DNA of 64,000 bases from Mobula hypostoma (lineage: Eukaryota): the NCBI RefSeq assembly GCF_963921235.1, contig NC_086107.1, positions 105,340,001 through 105,404,000 on the forward strand, in the 5' to 3' direction. The notes below the pieces were generated by a model, which saw only the letters and a program-made list of their open reading frames with translations, searched no databases and had not been told where the DNA came from. The translations under genes were made by a program, and so were the position numbers. Of the stretch, positions 61,963-64,000 are shown one piece after another; within the stretch, counting starts at the first letter, position 1, and every line of letters starts with the position of its first letter.

Positions 61963-62910
61963 TAGAAACATAGAAAACCTACAGCACAATACAGGCCCTT
62001 CGACCCACAAAGTTGTGCTGAACATGTCCCTACCTTAGAAATTACTAGGCTTACCTATAGCCCTCTATTTTTCTAAGCTCCATGTACCTATCTAAATGTC
62101 TCTTAAAAGACCCTTATTGTATCCACCTCCACCACCGTTGCCGACAGCCCATTCCACGCACTCAGCACTCTCTGAGTAAAAAATTTACCCCTGACATCTC
62201 CTCTGTACCTACTCCCCAGCACCTTAAACCTGTGTCCTCTTGTGGCAACCATTTCAGCCCTGGGAAAAAGCCTCTGACTATCCACACGATCAATGCCTGT
62301 CATCATCTTGTACACCTCTATCAGGTCACCTCTCATCCTCCTTATCGGAACAGAAGGTGGGGTGCAGTACTGAAGTTGGATATGACATTGGTGACCTATT
62401 TGGAGTATTGTCTGCAGTTCTGGTCACCTACTACAGGAAAGATGTCAATAAGATTCAAAAGAGTGCAGAGAAAATTTACTCAGATGTTGCCAGGACTTGA
62501 GGATCTAAGCTACAGGGATAGGTTGAATAGGTTAGCACTTTATTCCCTGGAGCGTAGGAGAATGAGGGGAGATCTTTTAGTGTGATACAAAATGATGAGG
62601 GGTATAGATAGAGTATAGATAAAGCATGCAGGCTTTTCTCCCCGCGGTCAGGCGAGCCTAGAAGTAGCCATCATAGGTTTAGAGAGAAGGGTGAAACATT
62701 TAAGGGGAATCTGAGGGGAACGCATCGTCAGTCAGAGGGTGGTGTGAGCGTGGAATGAGTTGGCGGCAGAAGGGGTAGATGTGGGATCAGTTGTAACATT
62801 TAAGAGAAGTTTTGATAGGTAAATGGATGAGAAGGGTATGAGGTGCAGGTATAGATGGGACTAGGCAGAAGACCAGGCTCGCACGGACTAGATGGACTGA
62901 AGGGCCTCCC
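61963..62910. mobile_element. Two adjacent CR1 3' fragments in opposite orientation (minus 61963-62341, plus ~62355-62910)
   Basis: MRGDLIEVYKMMTGIDRV on the minus strand; LEYCLQFWSP..RVQRKFTQMLPGL on the plus strand. Confidence 0.85.
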
Positions 62911-63384
62911 TGTGTACTGTAGTACTCCATGCAATTATCTAATAACTACGAACAGGATGCAAGACAAGCTTTTCACTGTATCTCAGTACATGTATCATAG
63001 TAACATCAGCTTAATTCGGGGCGAGGGGTGGAGACTCCTCCACGCATGGGGCAGGAGGGGGCAGCTGCCTCGGGCTCTGTTGCTTATGCAGGGGTTCTGC
63101 GGGCAAGGTTCTCAGTGCCAACACAATGTTCCTTCACTACCCCGAGCACTCATGGGCCAGAAACTCCCAAGAGTTCAGGAATGTTGCACTTATTTTCAGA
63201 GACACTCCAAACACGGCACTCGGCGTAAGTCTTACTATCTATCTATTTATTTATTTGTGTATTGATTGATTGATTGAGATACAGTGTAGAATAGGCCTTT
63301 TTGGCCCTTCCAACCTTGCCACCCAGCAACCCCCGATTTAACCCTAGTTCAATCATGGTAAAATTTACAATGACCAATTAACCA

Positions 63385-63918
63385 GAAAGCATTCTTCTAG
63401 GGTGCATCACAACCTGGTATGGAAGTTGTCCTGTCCAAGACCGGAAGAAGCTGCAGAAGATAGTGAACACAGCCCAGCACATCACACAAACCAATCTTCC
63501 GTCCTTGGACTCACTTTACACCGCACGCTGTCGGAGCAGTGCTGCCAGGATAATCAAGGACAAGACCCAGCCAGCCAACGCACTTTTCGTCCCTCTTCCC
63601 TCTGGGAGAAGGCTCAGGAGCTTGAAGACTCGTACGGCCAGATTTGGGAACAGCTTCTTTCCAACTGTGATAAGACTGCTGAACAGATCCTGACCCGGAT
63701 CTGGGCCGTACCCTCCAAATATCCGGACCTGCCTCTCGGTTTTTTTTGCACTACCTTACTTTCCATTAATCTATTTTCTATTTATGATTTATAATTTAAA
63801 TTTTTACTATTTACTATTGATTTGTAATCCAGGGAGTGGGAAGCGCAGAATCAAATATCGCTGTGATGATTGTACGCTCTAGTATCAATTGTTTGGCAAC
63901 AATAATGTATAAAGTATA
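63385..63918 (+). mobile_element. Rex/Babar-type LINE 3' end
   Basis: CITTWYGSC..KKLQKIVNTAQHIT..LPSGRRLRSLKTRTARFGNSFFPTVIRLLN. Confidence 0.82.
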
Positions 63919-64000
63919 ACCTACTAACTGGTACGTATTTGGACTGTGGGAGGAAGCTGGAGCATCCAGAGAAATCCCGTGCGTTCCACGGGGATGACGT

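Overview
Repeat-dense vertebrate genomic DNA. The repeat families suggest a cartilaginous fish, probably a ray; this is inference. One protein-coding gene can be reconstructed: a minus-strand, 4-coding-exon GPRC5-family (class C orphan GPCR, RAIG1/GPRC5A-GPRC5D-like) gene. Its exons are 48597-48566, 45406-44433, 35990-35920 and 33658-33539, with canonical GT-AG sites and consistent phases (2,1,0). Together they give 1197 nt (398 aa), with a CpG-rich promoter near 48.2-49.0 kb and candidate polyA signals near 31.7 kb. The rest is mostly decayed mobile DNA: CR1, L2 and Rex/Babar-type LINEs, Penelope-like elements, tRNA-derived SINEs, solo LTRs, a Gypsy-type fragment, Tc1-type MITEs and three large minisatellites. 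The most notable unannotated signal is about ten dispersed copies of a minimal type-I hammerhead ribozyme motif carried by Penelope-derived short elements. Also noted are nuclear-receptor direct repeats in and near the GPRC5 gene, candidate alternative first exons with a possible GUG start, and inverted LINE pairs flanking exons. Repeat boundaries are approximate and family names come from motif recognition, not database searches. No prokaryote-type system is present.
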